From assembly GCA_963845145.1 (NCBI GenBank), contig CAWJQU010000008.1:96001-160000 (forward strand): a stretch of DNA of 64,000 nt, read 5' to 3'. Position numbers and translations under genes: made by a program. Positions 9,103-19,033 of the stretch are shown here, in pieces (within the stretch, counting starts at the first letter, position 1; each line of letters opens with the position of its first letter). Source of the DNA: an uncultured delta proteobacterium. GTDB lineage: Bacteria; Desulfobacterota; Desulfobacteria; Desulfobacterales; QNYZ01. The notes beneath the pieces were generated by a model. That model saw only the letters and a list, made by a program, of their open reading frames with translations. It ran no database searches and was not told the DNA's origin.

Positions 9103-10446
9103 TTAAGCCACCTCCTTAGGGCCAAAAGCCTTGCGTACATTGAACTCTTTGAATGCAACCAGGCCTGTAGGTCTGTAAATCATTACTAGAATCAGCAACA
9201 GGGGGATGACAATCCATTTGAAAATTTCAAACGGCCGTAACACTTCGCCCAGTAAGCTGATTGATACAGCGCCAACGATAGATCCGTATACCGAGTTGAG
9301 GCCTCCGAAATAGACCATGGCCAGGACTTCCGCCAATTTTTGAATGCCAAACATGGCCGGGTTGATAAACCTTAGAACGTGGGCCAAAAGGCCTCCCGCC
9401 AAGCCGGCCCAGAAAGCCCCGACTAAAAAGGCGGTCATTTTGGTCTTACGGGTGTCCACGGTCATGGCATCTGCGGCCATTTCGTCATCCCGCACGGCGT
9501 TCAGGGCTTTACCCAGGGTGGATGTCACAAAATTATTGATGAACCACACACCCAATACAACCACAATGAATATCACCGGCAAAGTCGCCCAGTTGGGTTG
9601 GCCCATAATTCCCCTGGCGCCTCCCAGGTTCTGCATGTTCTCGAAGAAGCTTTTAACGATGAATAAAAAGGCAAGGCTGATAATGGCCAGATAATCGCCC
9701 CGGGTCCTGAATGAGGGAATGGCGACAATCAAAGCGCACGCAGCAGCGCAAAGTCCACCGAATATCAACGCCAAGGGAAAAGAGAGATAAGCCATCGTAG
9801 GCCCAATTAAGGCTTCTCCCAGCACCTTGTCGTTGACGAAAAGACCCACGGTAAAGACGGACGACATATATGCGCCGATCCCCATAAACCCGGGATGGGA
9901 GCATGAAAATTCACCCATATAGCCGTTGATGATATTTAAGCTGAGTGTCAGTAGGACGGCAATCAGGGTCAATTTGAGGGTAATCAAGCGATAGTCACTA
10001 AGCTCCGTCCAAAAATGAAAGATGGCATAAATAAGCGCCAGATGTACGACTGCCGTGAATATCAATGGAAATTGTTCCAGCGACCGTGCGATGGCATTGG
10101 CCGGTTGGGTTGTCAGGCGAATCACAACGGCCAACGGGACGGCGTAAATGGCAACAAAATAGATCACCGCTGCCGGGATATGAATCAAAGTAGTCGCATC
10201 AAAGGGCGTTCCTTTGATGAGCAGCCAGATCAAACCGGCCAGCACTTTGGCGATGGTGACAAGACCGAACATAATGGGCATTTGGGGTAACCCAAGAATC
10301 GATGCCAGGGGCGCACCGGCTATCGTTTCCCAAAGTGAGCAGACTAAAAACCCCAAAAGGATTGCCAGCAGCGGTGCCCGGCCATAGAATCGTTTAATAA
10401 AACCCCGGATGCTCGGGGGTTGTTTCTGAATAGATGAAACGGCCAT
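9103..10446 (-). CDS. livM: Branched-chain amino acid ABC transporter permease (N-terminally extended)
   Basis: GDYLAIISL, AVRDDEMAA and YRPTGL motifs; operon position. Confidence 0.92.
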   Translation of the reverse strand: MAVSSIQKQPPSIRGFIKRFYGRAPLLAILLGFLVCSLWETIAGAPLASILGLPQMPIMFGLVTIAKVLAGLIWLLIKGTPFDATTLIHIPAAVIYFVAIYAVPLAVVIRLTTQPANAIARSLEQFPLIFTAVVHLALIYAIFHFWTELSDYRLITLKLTLIAVLLTLSLNIINGYMGEFSCSHPGFMGIGAYMSSVFTVGLFVNDKVLGEALIGPTMAYLSFPLALIFGGLCAAACALIVAIPSFRTRGDYLAIISLAFLFIVKSFFENMQNLGGARGIMGQPNWATLPVIFIVVVLGVWFINNFVTSTLGKALNAVRDDEMAADAMTVDTRKTKMTAFLVGAFWAGLAGGLLAHVLRFINPAMFGIQKLAEVLAMVYFGGLNSVYGSIVGAVSISLLGEVLRPFEIFKWIVIPLLLILVMIYRPTGLVAFKEFNVRKAFGPKEVA

Positions 10447-10466
10447 TGATAATTTCCTTTTATATC

Positions 10467-11432
10467 CTATAAACGAAGCTTCGCACTGTAGGTTTCCCCG
10501 AACAGTCCGTGAGGTCGGAATATAAGAATCAACAGAACCACGGAATAGGCTATGAGGTCACGCAGATTCGACCCGAGATTCAACGCAAACAGTCGATTCA
10601 TAATTTGAATGGCCGGCACAGTCATGATCTCAATAAATCCCAACATAAAACCGGCAATACAAGCGCCCATGATTGAGCCGCGTCCACCAAGAATGGCCGC
10701 GACAAACGCCTTCCAACCAAAACTAACGCCCATCAGAGGATCCAAAACCGGGTAAGCCAGAGCAAAAAGTATACCGGCCGCCGCCGCCAGGGCCGAACCG
10801 ATGGCGAATGTCATGGTCGCCACACGGTTGATTGAGATCCCCATCAGTGGAATAACCAGATAATCATATGCCATGGCACGCATGGCCATACCGTACTTGG
10901 TTCGGGTGATAAACTGATGCAACACAAGCATCAAGCCCAATGAAACGAGTACGATCATGATTTTTATGTTGGTAACATAGACCCCACCGATATTGTAGGT
11001 GACGGATTGGATGAGCGAGGGAAACTTCAACCGCGATCCACCCAAAAACAGGATGTTGGCGGTTTCCAGAATGATGCCGATCATCAGGCCTGTGATAGCG
11101 GCGGAGGCGCGCGGGGCATTCCTTAAGGGACGATATCCAACGCGTTCAACGATAATACCGACAAAAGCGGTTAAAAACATCGAAATTAAAATCGTCAGGG
11201 CCAGAATCATCCAACCGGGCATGATGGCGGCGCCACTTGTGCCGACCAGCGCAAGCAGCCCGGTGGCAACACCTAAACCGATATAGGCGCCCACCATGAA
11301 AATGTCTCCATGGGCGAAATTAAATAACATCAGTATACTGTAAACCATGGAGTACCCCAGTGCGATAAGGGCGTAAAAGCTGCCCCACTGAAGGGCGTTG
11401 ATCAGGTTCTGCATGAAGAAAGTGAAAGTCAT
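10467..11432 (-). CDS. livH: Branched-chain amino acid ABC transporter permease
   Basis: YALIALGYSMVY, FNFAHGD, GMAMRAM, KAFVAAILGG, RPHGLFG. Confidence 0.93.
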   Translation of the reverse strand: MTFTFFMQNLINALQWGSFYALIALGYSMVYSILMLFNFAHGDIFMVGAYIGLGVATGLLALVGTSGAAIMPGWMILALTILISMFLTAFVGIIVERVGYRPLRNAPRASAAITGLMIGIILETANILFLGGSRLKFPSLIQSVTYNIGGVYVTNIKIMIVLVSLGLMLVLHQFITRTKYGMAMRAMAYDYLVIPLMGISINRVATMTFAIGSALAAAAGILFALAYPVLDPLMGVSFGWKAFVAAILGGRGSIMGACIAGFMLGFIEIMTVPAIQIMNRLFALNLGSNLRDLIAYSVVLLILIFRPHGLFGETYSAKLRL

Positions 11433-11576
11433 GCGGTGCTCTCCTGAATGATATTGCTCACACAGCTTCGGGCACAATGATCCCAACAAATCATTGGCCA
11501 ACTGGTCAAATGGGCAGCGGTTGCTTCAATCCGAGGCATCCGGTTGGCAGCGTACTTAAGTGAGCAAATAATAGAT

Positions 11577-11614
11577 GCGCCCACCGTACGCTTGTACGGT
11601 GGGCGTTTGTTTTT
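11577..11614. terminator. Strong hairpin between the binding-protein gene and livH (mRNA stabiliser or antisense terminator)
   Basis: GCGCCCACCGTAC-GCTT-GTACGGTGGGCGT followed by TTGTTTTT on the + strand. Confidence 0.6.
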
Positions 11615-11648
11615 AATGACCCGCTAACAGATAAAACGGGGTATGAAT

Positions 11649-12815
11649 TTATTTCGGACAAACGGATTTATGAAACTCGAATTCACCGTCTTGATTGATC
11701 TGCACGATCACGGCGCATTTCTTGGGGTCACCCTCCGGCGTAAAGGTCATACCACCTGTTATCCCCGGAAAATCCGCGACTTTTGCCAGGGCATCTTTGA
11801 CTTTGGTCCGATCAGCCTTGATGTCGCCTGAGAGTCCACCGGTGTCCTTGATGGCCTGGACCATCAATCCAATGCTATCCCAGGTCAGAGCGGCCACATC
11901 ATCCGGGGTTTTGCCATAGGCGGCATTATACTCATCGATAAATGCTTTCGTGGCGCCCTTGGCCCCTTTGGCGGCATAGTGGCTGGAGAAGTAGTAGCCT
12001 TTGCAGTCATCACCGCAAAGACCCATCAGGTCGCCACCGCCCCAGGCGTCGGCACCCAGAATTTGTTTCTGCCAGCCCATTTCCTTGGCGCCACGGATGA
12101 TCAGCGGTACTTCTGAGTAATACTGGGGAACAAAAAGCACGTCTGCTCCGGATGCGACGATATTGGTCATCTGGGCCGAAAAATCCTTGTCACCAGTGGT
12201 AAAGGATTCAAACGCCACTATTGCACCAGGGCCATGAATCTTCTCAAAAGCATCCTTGAAGTTTTCAGCCAAGCCCTTGGGATAATCGGCTGCAATATCA
12301 TAGATAACGGCTGCCTTTTTGGCGCCAAGCTCATCCGTTGCGAAATTGGCAGCTACCGGGCCCTGAAAAGGATCGAGGAAACAACCACGAAACACATAGG
12401 GACGATCCAGGGTGGTGTTGGGATTGGTGGACCAGGGGCTGATCATGGGGGTGCCCCCATTGTTGGCCACTTCACCGGCCGGAACTGCCTGGCTTGACGA
12501 TTGCGGCCCAATAATGCCCAGGACGCCATCTTCGGTGATGAGCTTGGTATTGATTTTAACGGCTGATTCAGGCTTGTACTCATTGTCCTCATAAATCAAG
12601 GCAAGTTTATATTGTTTTCCACCTACTTCAACTTCAGCGTTTTTCTTAAGAAACATTTCGGCAGCGTTCTTGGATGATGCGCCAACGTCTGGGTTATCAC
12701 CCGTCAGCGGAATATTAAACCCGATTTTAATCATATGACTATCTCCAAAGGCAGAGGGAGATAATATCAAACCAAAGACCACACATAAAGCAACGAGCAT
12801 TAATCGATTGCGCAT
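11649..12815 (-). CDS. livK: Branched-chain amino acid ABC transporter substrate-binding protein (LivJ/LivK family)
   Basis: Signal peptide; PLTGD, STNP, YVFRGCFLDPFQG and DFSAQMT; first gene of the liv operon. Confidence 0.9.
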   Translation of the reverse strand: MRNRLMLVALCVVFGLILSPSAFGDSHMIKIGFNIPLTGDNPDVGASSKNAAEMFLKKNAEVEVGGKQYKLALIYEDNEYKPESAVKINTKLITEDGVLGIIGPQSSSQAVPAGEVANNGGTPMISPWSTNPNTTLDRPYVFRGCFLDPFQGPVAANFATDELGAKKAAVIYDIAADYPKGLAENFKDAFEKIHGPGAIVAFESFTTGDKDFSAQMTNIVASGADVLFVPQYYSEVPLIIRGAKEMGWQKQILGADAWGGGDLMGLCGDDCKGYYFSSHYAAKGAKGATKAFIDEYNAAYGKTPDDVAALTWDSIGLMVQAIKDTGGLSGDIKADRTKVKDALAKVADFPGITGGMTFTPEGDPKKCAVIVQINQDGEFEFHKSVCPK

Positions 12816-12967
12816 GACTTCCTCCTTTTGGTTTCGATTATTTTAAAAAACAATGGGTTTTTAAAAATAATCAATTTACAATAAACGTACGATTTCCTAT
12901 CATGGGTAACCATATTCTATCAATCTTTTTTTATCATTTAAAAGTCAGATGTCCATTTTTCACTGGG

Positions 12968-14539
12968 CTACGGACGGATATCCACTTTACCTTCCAAAAA
13001 GTGTTTTACTTCTCCGATAGGCACTTCCCGACGATGAAAGATACCAGCGGCCAGGGCCGCCTCCGCATCTGTGTGCGTAAATACCTCTAAAAAATGAGCG
13101 GCACTACCGGCGCCGCTCGAAGCGATAACGGGAATGGTTACCGCCTTTTTAACGGCATTAATCAGTTCCAAATCAAACCCGCTATTGGTGCCATCCCGAT
13201 CAATACAATTAAGCAATATTTCCCCGGCCCCCAGGGTTTCGCAAACCTTTGCCAGGCTAACGGCATCCATGGGCCGGCCTTCCCGCCCACCCTTGATGGT
13301 GCACTGATACCAGCAGTATTTCTCGCCCTTGGGGCCCGGAATATCGGTCTCGATCACATGGTAATCGACCGCATCAGGAGAGGTGACGTATACCCGTCGC
13401 GGGTCTATGGAAATAACCACGGCCTGGCTGCCGTACACTTCGGAAATCCGTTCAATAGCACTTTCGCCGGTTGCTTGACCGGTGCTTAGATACGCTTCGG
13501 CAATCAAGACCGCATCGCTACCAATGGACACCTTGTCCGCCCCGGCACGAAAATAGGCCGCTGCCACCTCCAAGGCGGAATAGGTCCGGCCGTTTTTATC
13601 GATAAAGTCCCGAATCCCGCCCCCAATGGTCAGGGGAACCGCGACGTTGCGCGATGTTTTTCGCAATACGTCCAGCATGGGCATGTCCTTTAAAGGGAAA
13701 TCGCGAAACCCGGTAATATTTAAAAACGTTATTTCATCGGCGCCTTCCTGATAATATCTCTGGGCCAGGCCCACCGGCAACCCCATGTTGCGAATACGGC
13801 CATTTTCCCGCACATCATATTGGTCGCCCTTGGTGACAACGAGGTCTCCTTTGTCATCGGATCGAACATCGAGGCAGGCGATAATTCTTTTTGCTAACAC
13901 GGTTTTTTTTGCACCCGTCAGGGGATGATTAATTTCCTGATCTGCATTTAAAAAGTTTTTTAGAATCGCTTGTCCTGCCGACCCACTTTTTTCCGGGTGA
14001 AATTGTGTCCCAACAATATTTCCCTGCTGGATGCTGCTGACGAATTCGTACCCATAATCCGTAGTGGTCAATATGACCTTCTGGTCTTCCGGGGCCACAT
14101 GGTACGCATGCACGAAGTAAAGCTTCTCATCGCGCTGAAAACCGTTAAAAATGTTTGAAAATTGTTTGATACGGATCCCATTCCAACCGATGTGAGGCAC
14201 CGCCAAATTGATGTCGAATTTTTTAACGGTCCCTGAAATAAAACCCAAGCCTTCCAATTCCGGCGCTTCCTCGCTGCGATCAAACAGTGCTTGCAGGCCC
14301 AGGCAGATACCCAGAAATGGCCGGTTATCCTGAAGGTAAGCTTTCAGTGGTTCGGAGTAGCCCTTATCATTAAGGATTCGGATCATATTCCCGAATGCAC
14401 CCACGCCCGGAAAAACCAATCGTTCAGCAGACAAAATGTCATCTGGGCCGGCAACCATCTTTACCTTTTCGCCCAACCGCTCGATGGCATTGATCACACT
14501 TCTGACATTTCCCGCACCATAGTCAAGTAAGGTTATCAT
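12968..14539 (-). CDS. hisHF: Fused imidazole glycerol phosphate synthase HisH-HisF (His7-like)
   Basis: The N-terminal glutaminase (LDYGAGN, PGVG, GICLG, QFHPEKS) is joined to the cyclase (KRIIACLDV, ADEITFL, IGGGIR, DGTNSGFD, ALAAGIFH). Confidence 0.95.
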   Translation of the reverse strand: MITLLDYGAGNVRSVINAIERLGEKVKMVAGPDDILSAERLVFPGVGAFGNMIRILNDKGYSEPLKAYLQDNRPFLGICLGLQALFDRSEEAPELEGLGFISGTVKKFDINLAVPHIGWNGIRIKQFSNIFNGFQRDEKLYFVHAYHVAPEDQKVILTTTDYGYEFVSSIQQGNIVGTQFHPEKSGSAGQAILKNFLNADQEINHPLTGAKKTVLAKRIIACLDVRSDDKGDLVVTKGDQYDVRENGRIRNMGLPVGLAQRYYQEGADEITFLNITGFRDFPLKDMPMLDVLRKTSRNVAVPLTIGGGIRDFIDKNGRTYSALEVAAAYFRAGADKVSIGSDAVLIAEAYLSTGQATGESAIERISEVYGSQAVVISIDPRRVYVTSPDAVDYHVIETDIPGPKGEKYCWYQCTIKGGREGRPMDAVSLAKVCETLGAGEILLNCIDRDGTNSGFDLELINAVKKAVTIPVIASSGAGSAAHFLEVFTHTDAEAALAAGIFHRREVPIGEVKHFLEGKVDIRP

Positions 14540-14648
14540 TTCTTTATCTTCTTATTTTAGCCGCTAACCACTTGATCAATTTAGGATGTCAGCGGGTTCA
14601 AAGCCTATTAATCTTCAAAACATCGGGGGGTTAACTTTGCACCTTCGG

Positions 14649-15710
14649 CTAGGTATAAATCAGGTTCAGCGGTAGTGGTGGATATCTCAATGTGCCCGGC
14701 ACGGGAAGCAAGTACTGCCCACTCACCCTTAGCCAGTTCAAATCCGGTTTGATCTCTCTTAATTTACCGTCCAAAGGTGGTTTACCGTGTTCCGTATAGG
14801 AATAGACGACCTGAAACAGACAGACGCCCGATCGCCCTTCACGCGCGACCACATACTTCTTGTTAAAAGTAGAGACGCTGAGGCTATTGGCGGCGGCAAT
14901 CTGGCTGAGCTCATTTTTCGATATTTTCATCAACACCGTTTTAACAATTCCCCGCTCAGACAATCGCATCATTGCCCGCGATTCACTGCTGCCGACAAAA
15001 ACGGTTGAGAGACAGGGCGTATTGCGCAGGTACTCAAAAGCAATCACCGCCGCTGTCCGTCTGCCGCCGGCCATAACAGGTAAACCATAGTACTCAAAAA
15101 ATTTTTTCTGAATATCCTCGGCATACTTATCGCCACCCTCGTAAAGCTCTTTGGAAATATAGCGAAGCCGGCAGGCCATTGCTTCGGCAGCCTCGGCAAT
15201 GGACCAGTCTATACGGACGTGGAAATGGGTCAACCCATAGCGATTTCGGGCACGTGCCGTGGGTTCTCGTTGAATTAAGAGGGCATAATCCACCGGCAAC
15301 AACATATTTAAAAAATCCAGAAAGTGGGCCGACTCCAAATATTTCTGATACCGATCGAAGCTCCCTTCTAAGGGTAATGTCTTCGATTGAAGCAGATTGG
15401 CTTTGGTCGTTTTATTAACATTTAGAAAGTGTATATATTTTTTATGACTGGCGGGTAGTGAATCTTCCAGAAAAAGGACTAAAAAAGTTTTATGATAGCC
15501 GTATTCCAAGTCCGGAATGCGCGCCCGCGGCTTTAACTCGCGTTTTTCGACAAATGGATAGGGTTTCTTCTTATTCTCAAAATTCTTATATGAGTCGATC
15601 AACGCGTAGCGGATCAGGTTTTGATCGAGTTCGTCACGCAGCAATTCATAATACGATCGCCTCAAGCGGTTTGTGAGGCTTAGCTGCTCCCGGTATCCCC
15701 AATATGACAT
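14649..15710 (-). CDS. Hypothetical protein (353 aa), family not recognised
   Basis: Long ORF co-oriented with its neighbours; GGGGG SD-like run before ATG 15710. Confidence 0.8.
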   Translation of the reverse strand: MSYWGYREQLSLTNRLRRSYYELLRDELDQNLIRYALIDSYKNFENKKKPYPFVEKRELKPRARIPDLEYGYHKTFLVLFLEDSLPASHKKYIHFLNVNKTTKANLLQSKTLPLEGSFDRYQKYLESAHFLDFLNMLLPVDYALLIQREPTARARNRYGLTHFHVRIDWSIAEAAEAMACRLRYISKELYEGGDKYAEDIQKKFFEYYGLPVMAGGRRTAAVIAFEYLRNTPCLSTVFVGSSESRAMMRLSERGIVKTVLMKISKNELSQIAAANSLSVSTFNKKYVVAREGRSGVCLFQVVYSYTEHGKPPLDGKLREIKPDLNWLRVSGQYLLPVPGTLRYPPLPLNLIYT

Positions 15711-16001
15711 AAAAACCCCCCTTTTGGCGTTGCAACGTGATTTTCGACCCAGATCGCGACCTGGCTCCCAGCCAGGCTTCAACTCAGACAATTCGTATAA
15801 CCAGACCAATCAATAAAGGGTATGGATAATTCTCTCATCACACGCCGCGATTGCGGGCGCCTCGACTGCGGGAATCAATACGATACCAAATGATTCTTCC
15901 CAGTTATTATACCAATTATTATATCAGGTTATTATATCATGGCTTACGCATTACAACAACGACTTCTTTAAGATAAAAGGGGGTATTTATGATTTTACTT
16001 A

Positions 16002-16754
16002 CTATTGTTTCTTTGACCCGTTTACATTCTCAACTTTCCGATATACGCGCTCGCGATACCGAATGACAATAATGGCGACGACCAGGCAGACACCGACCAA
16101 AATACCAAAGGTGAGGTAGTTGCCTTCGTAAAGCGAGGCGCCTTGAAGACTGAGCATGAATGTGCCGGGCATGCGGCCGAATGCGGAAATAAGAAAGAAC
16201 ACTTTCAGAGGTAGCGCCGTCAAACCCAGAAAGAGACAGAGGTAATCTTTGGGAAAGCCGGGAAAAACGAATAGAATCAGAAGGACCAACACCCCCTGGC
16301 GTTTGATGAATGTGTCAAAACGTTGGAGCTTGTCTTCCGGAATTAATTTGCGAACATATCGGCGCCCTAGAAAACGACCAATCAAGAAATTCACCATCGA
16401 CCCCGCGGCCAAAGCGATACTTGATAAGGTGAACCCTTTAATCGCACCAAAAAGATACCCGCCGATAAATCCCGTCGCTTCACCGGGGATGGGGGCCAGA
16501 ATCACCTGAATAAATTGAAGCAGAATAAAGACAAAGGGACCGAGAACACCAAAGCGGCTTACAAATGCCTGTATTTTATCGCGGTTAGATAGTGCTTGTC
16601 CAAGGGTGACTAAGCCCTGCCAAAGCGGTTCACGATAGACAAAGGCCACCAAAACCAGCGCTAGGGTTGCCCCAAGAATACCCCACCAAAAGATGGGTTT
16701 TAGTGGTTTTTTGTGCTCAATAGATTGAGGCGTGCGCTCGGTTGGCTGATCCAC
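16002..16754 (-). CDS. TVP38/TMEM64 (DedA/VTT-domain) membrane protein
   Basis: QVILAPIPGE, GGYLFG, FLIGRFLGR, FPKDYLC, GRMPG. Confidence 0.9.
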   Translation of the reverse strand: MDQPTERTPQSIEHKKPLKPIFWWGILGATLALVLVAFVYREPLWQGLVTLGQALSNRDKIQAFVSRFGVLGPFVFILLQFIQVILAPIPGEATGFIGGYLFGAIKGFTLSSIALAAGSMVNFLIGRFLGRRYVRKLIPEDKLQRFDTFIKRQGVLVLLILFVFPGFPKDYLCLFLGLTALPLKVFFLISAFGRMPGTFMLSLQGASLYEGNYLTFGILVGVCLVVAIIVIRYRERVYRKVENVNGSKKQ

Positions 16755-16767
16755 GGGAAACTTTCGC

Positions 16768-17943
16768 CTAGTGAAGCGCGGCGACCGCCGGCAGGACTTT
16801 ACCCTCCAGGAGCGTTAAAAAAGCCCCGCCCCCGGTGGAAATGTAGGTGATATCGTCTGCCCGACCGGAATTCTGAACGGCCAGGCCCGTATCGCCGCCG
16901 CCGATAATCGTCATAGCGTCAATATCGGCAATGCCTTGGACCAGAGTTTGGGTCCCCTCGGCAAAGGGTTGGATTTCAAAAGCACCCATGGGGCCGTTCC
17001 AGACAATCGTTTTCGCAGTTTTAAGAACCTCGATATACCGCGCGGTCGTCTCCGGCCCGATATCCAGAGCCATTTGATCGGCAGGCACCTTATTTACAGG
17101 TACCACTTCAAAGGCGGCATCGGCGCTAAGGGCACGCGCCACGACCACATCTACAGGCAATAAGAAACGAATATCCTGATCCTTGGCTGTCCTGATGATC
17201 GTTGCCGCTTCTTCAAACAGATCATCCTCCACCCGCGATATTCCCATATCGATGCCGGATGCTTTCAAAAACGTATTTGCCATGGCGCCACCGATCAGAA
17301 TCACATCCACCCGGCGCATCATGTTCTTCAAGGCTTCCAATTTACTGGAAACCTTGGCACCACCGACCACGGCGGCCAGCGGCCGCTCTGGATGGGTCAT
17401 GGCCTTTTCAAAAAAATCGAGCTCCTTCTGCAGTAAAAATCCAGCCCCGCAATCCGAAACATGGTGGGTGATGGCCACCACCGAAGCATTGGCGCGATGG
17501 GACACGGCAAAGGCATCGTTGATATAAACATCGCACAAAGCAGCCAAATTTTGGGCAAAAAGGTCATCGTTTTTTTGCTCCCCGGCATGAAACCGTAAAT
17601 TTTCCAGCATTACGACATCGCCGGGGGCCATACCATCAACGATTTTCTGTGTATCGGGGCCGATGCAATCATCCGTTAAAACCACCTTTTTTCCTAACAA
17701 CTCTTCCAGGCATTTTGCCGCCGGACTCAGGCTGAAGGCCGGCACCACAGATCCTTTGGGTCGCCCCAGGTGTGATGCCACCACTAATTTTGCCCCCTGT
17801 TCCAATAGGTACAAAAGCGTGGGGATCGAGCGCCTGATGCGAGCATCATCGGTAATCCGACCTTTTGAATCCAAAGGCACATTATAATCCACACGCACAA
17901 ATACTTTTTTTTCGGCTAACGCGATATCCTTAACGCTTTTCAT
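16768..17943 (-). CDS. pgk: Phosphoglycerate kinase
   Basis: RVDYNVP, SHLGRP, LENLRF, GGAKVSSK, WNGPMG, ISTGGGA. Confidence 0.98.
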   Translation of the reverse strand: MKSVKDIALAEKKVFVRVDYNVPLDSKGRITDDARIRRSIPTLLYLLEQGAKLVVASHLGRPKGSVVPAFSLSPAAKCLEELLGKKVVLTDDCIGPDTQKIVDGMAPGDVVMLENLRFHAGEQKNDDLFAQNLAALCDVYINDAFAVSHRANASVVAITHHVSDCGAGFLLQKELDFFEKAMTHPERPLAAVVGGAKVSSKLEALKNMMRRVDVILIGGAMANTFLKASGIDMGISRVEDDLFEEAATIIRTAKDQDIRFLLPVDVVVARALSADAAFEVVPVNKVPADQMALDIGPETTARYIEVLKTAKTIVWNGPMGAFEIQPFAEGTQTLVQGIADIDAMTIIGGGDTGLAVQNSGRADDITYISTGGGAFLTLLEGKVLPAVAALH

Positions 17944-18239
17944 TTCCGCGCTCCTTTTTTTTCAACCCGCATGCGTTGGGTGAGTGTCTTACGGCTGGAC
18001 CATCGCTTCAGCCTACCCATCCATCCGGCATTATACGCCCGGTCTACCATTTCTACCCTTACCTTCAATCCATCCGCACTCGACATGGCTTGCCGAAGAC
18101 ATGCGGTTTTGTAAATGCAGGGAAAACAACTTTCGGGGCTTTCCCTGAAACCGCTATCTCCCATGGGAAAAACAATGTCCAGCTTGCCAAAACAATAAGG
18201 CCGCTCGCCGGACCCGTTATTTCTTTCCTTCTCATCCAT
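17940..18239 (-). CDS. Small four-Cys hypothetical protein
   Basis: C-x21-C-x2-C-x5-C; its stop overlaps the pgk start (ATGA coupling). Confidence 0.75.
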   Translation of the reverse strand: MDEKERNNGSGERPYCFGKLDIVFPMGDSGFRESPESCFPCIYKTACLRQAMSSADGLKVRVEMVDRAYNAGWMGRLKRWSSRKTLTQRMRVEKKGARK

Positions 18240-18298
18240 GTTTCTCGTTACCGTCACTGTTTCTAAAATGATGGCGTCATCGGCCTAATATAAGTAGC

Positions 18299-19033
18299 TC
18301 ATGGCGTCAAGCAATCCAGTTCTCTGTTCAGTCTGGCGATGTGCCCCTCATCAGCAAAACTAAAATAACGTTTGTCCCCGACGACCAGGTGATCATGTAA
18401 AACGATGTCCATCACTCGGCAGGCAAAAATCAGCCGACGCGTGATCGCCATATCATCATCCGATGGCTGGGGATCTCCCGAAGGATGATTGTGCGCCAAA
18501 ATCAATGCGGCCGCATGATAACCTAAAGCCGCCCGTACCACTTCTCGGGGATAAATCGAACTGGCCGTTAAAGTCCCTTTAAATATTATTCTGCTGGCTA
18601 TTGCCCGGTTCTTCGCGTCCAGAAATACGGCCATGACACATTCGACAGGTTGCCCACCAAGAGATGCGTCCAGGTAATCGTATAGCACCCTTGAATTGCT
18701 TAAGGGCTCCGCCCCGATGACCTTTTCCTCCAGGTACCGATCCAAAACAGCCTTTATGAGGCGCAAGCCGAGAATATTCCGTGGGCCGAGGCCCTTTATT
18801 TCCACTAACTCACCGGGCGCCGCCTCCATCACCCCGCGAAAAGTTTTGAACCGGTCAAGCGCTGCCTTCGCGGCATCTTTGCAATCTCTGCGCGGCGTGG
18901 CAAGTGTGAGCAGCAACTCGATCACTTCATAGTCGTGAAAACCATCGAGCCCACTCTTTAAAAATCGCTCTCGCAATCGCCGGCGGTGTCCTTCGCCTTT
19001 GGGCTGGTCTGGGCTTTGTCTTTCAGACGGCAT
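18299..19033 (-). CDS. radC: RadC (UPF0758/JAB domain) protein
   Basis: GHRRRLRERF, helix-hairpin-helix region, YPREV, HNHPSGDPQPS, DHLVVG. Confidence 0.94.
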   Translation of the reverse strand: MPSERQSPDQPKGEGHRRRLRERFLKSGLDGFHDYEVIELLLTLATPRRDCKDAAKAALDRFKTFRGVMEAAPGELVEIKGLGPRNILGLRLIKAVLDRYLEEKVIGAEPLSNSRVLYDYLDASLGGQPVECVMAVFLDAKNRAIASRIIFKGTLTASSIYPREVVRAALGYHAAALILAHNHPSGDPQPSDDDMAITRRLIFACRVMDIVLHDHLVVGDKRYFSFADEGHIARLNRELDCLTP

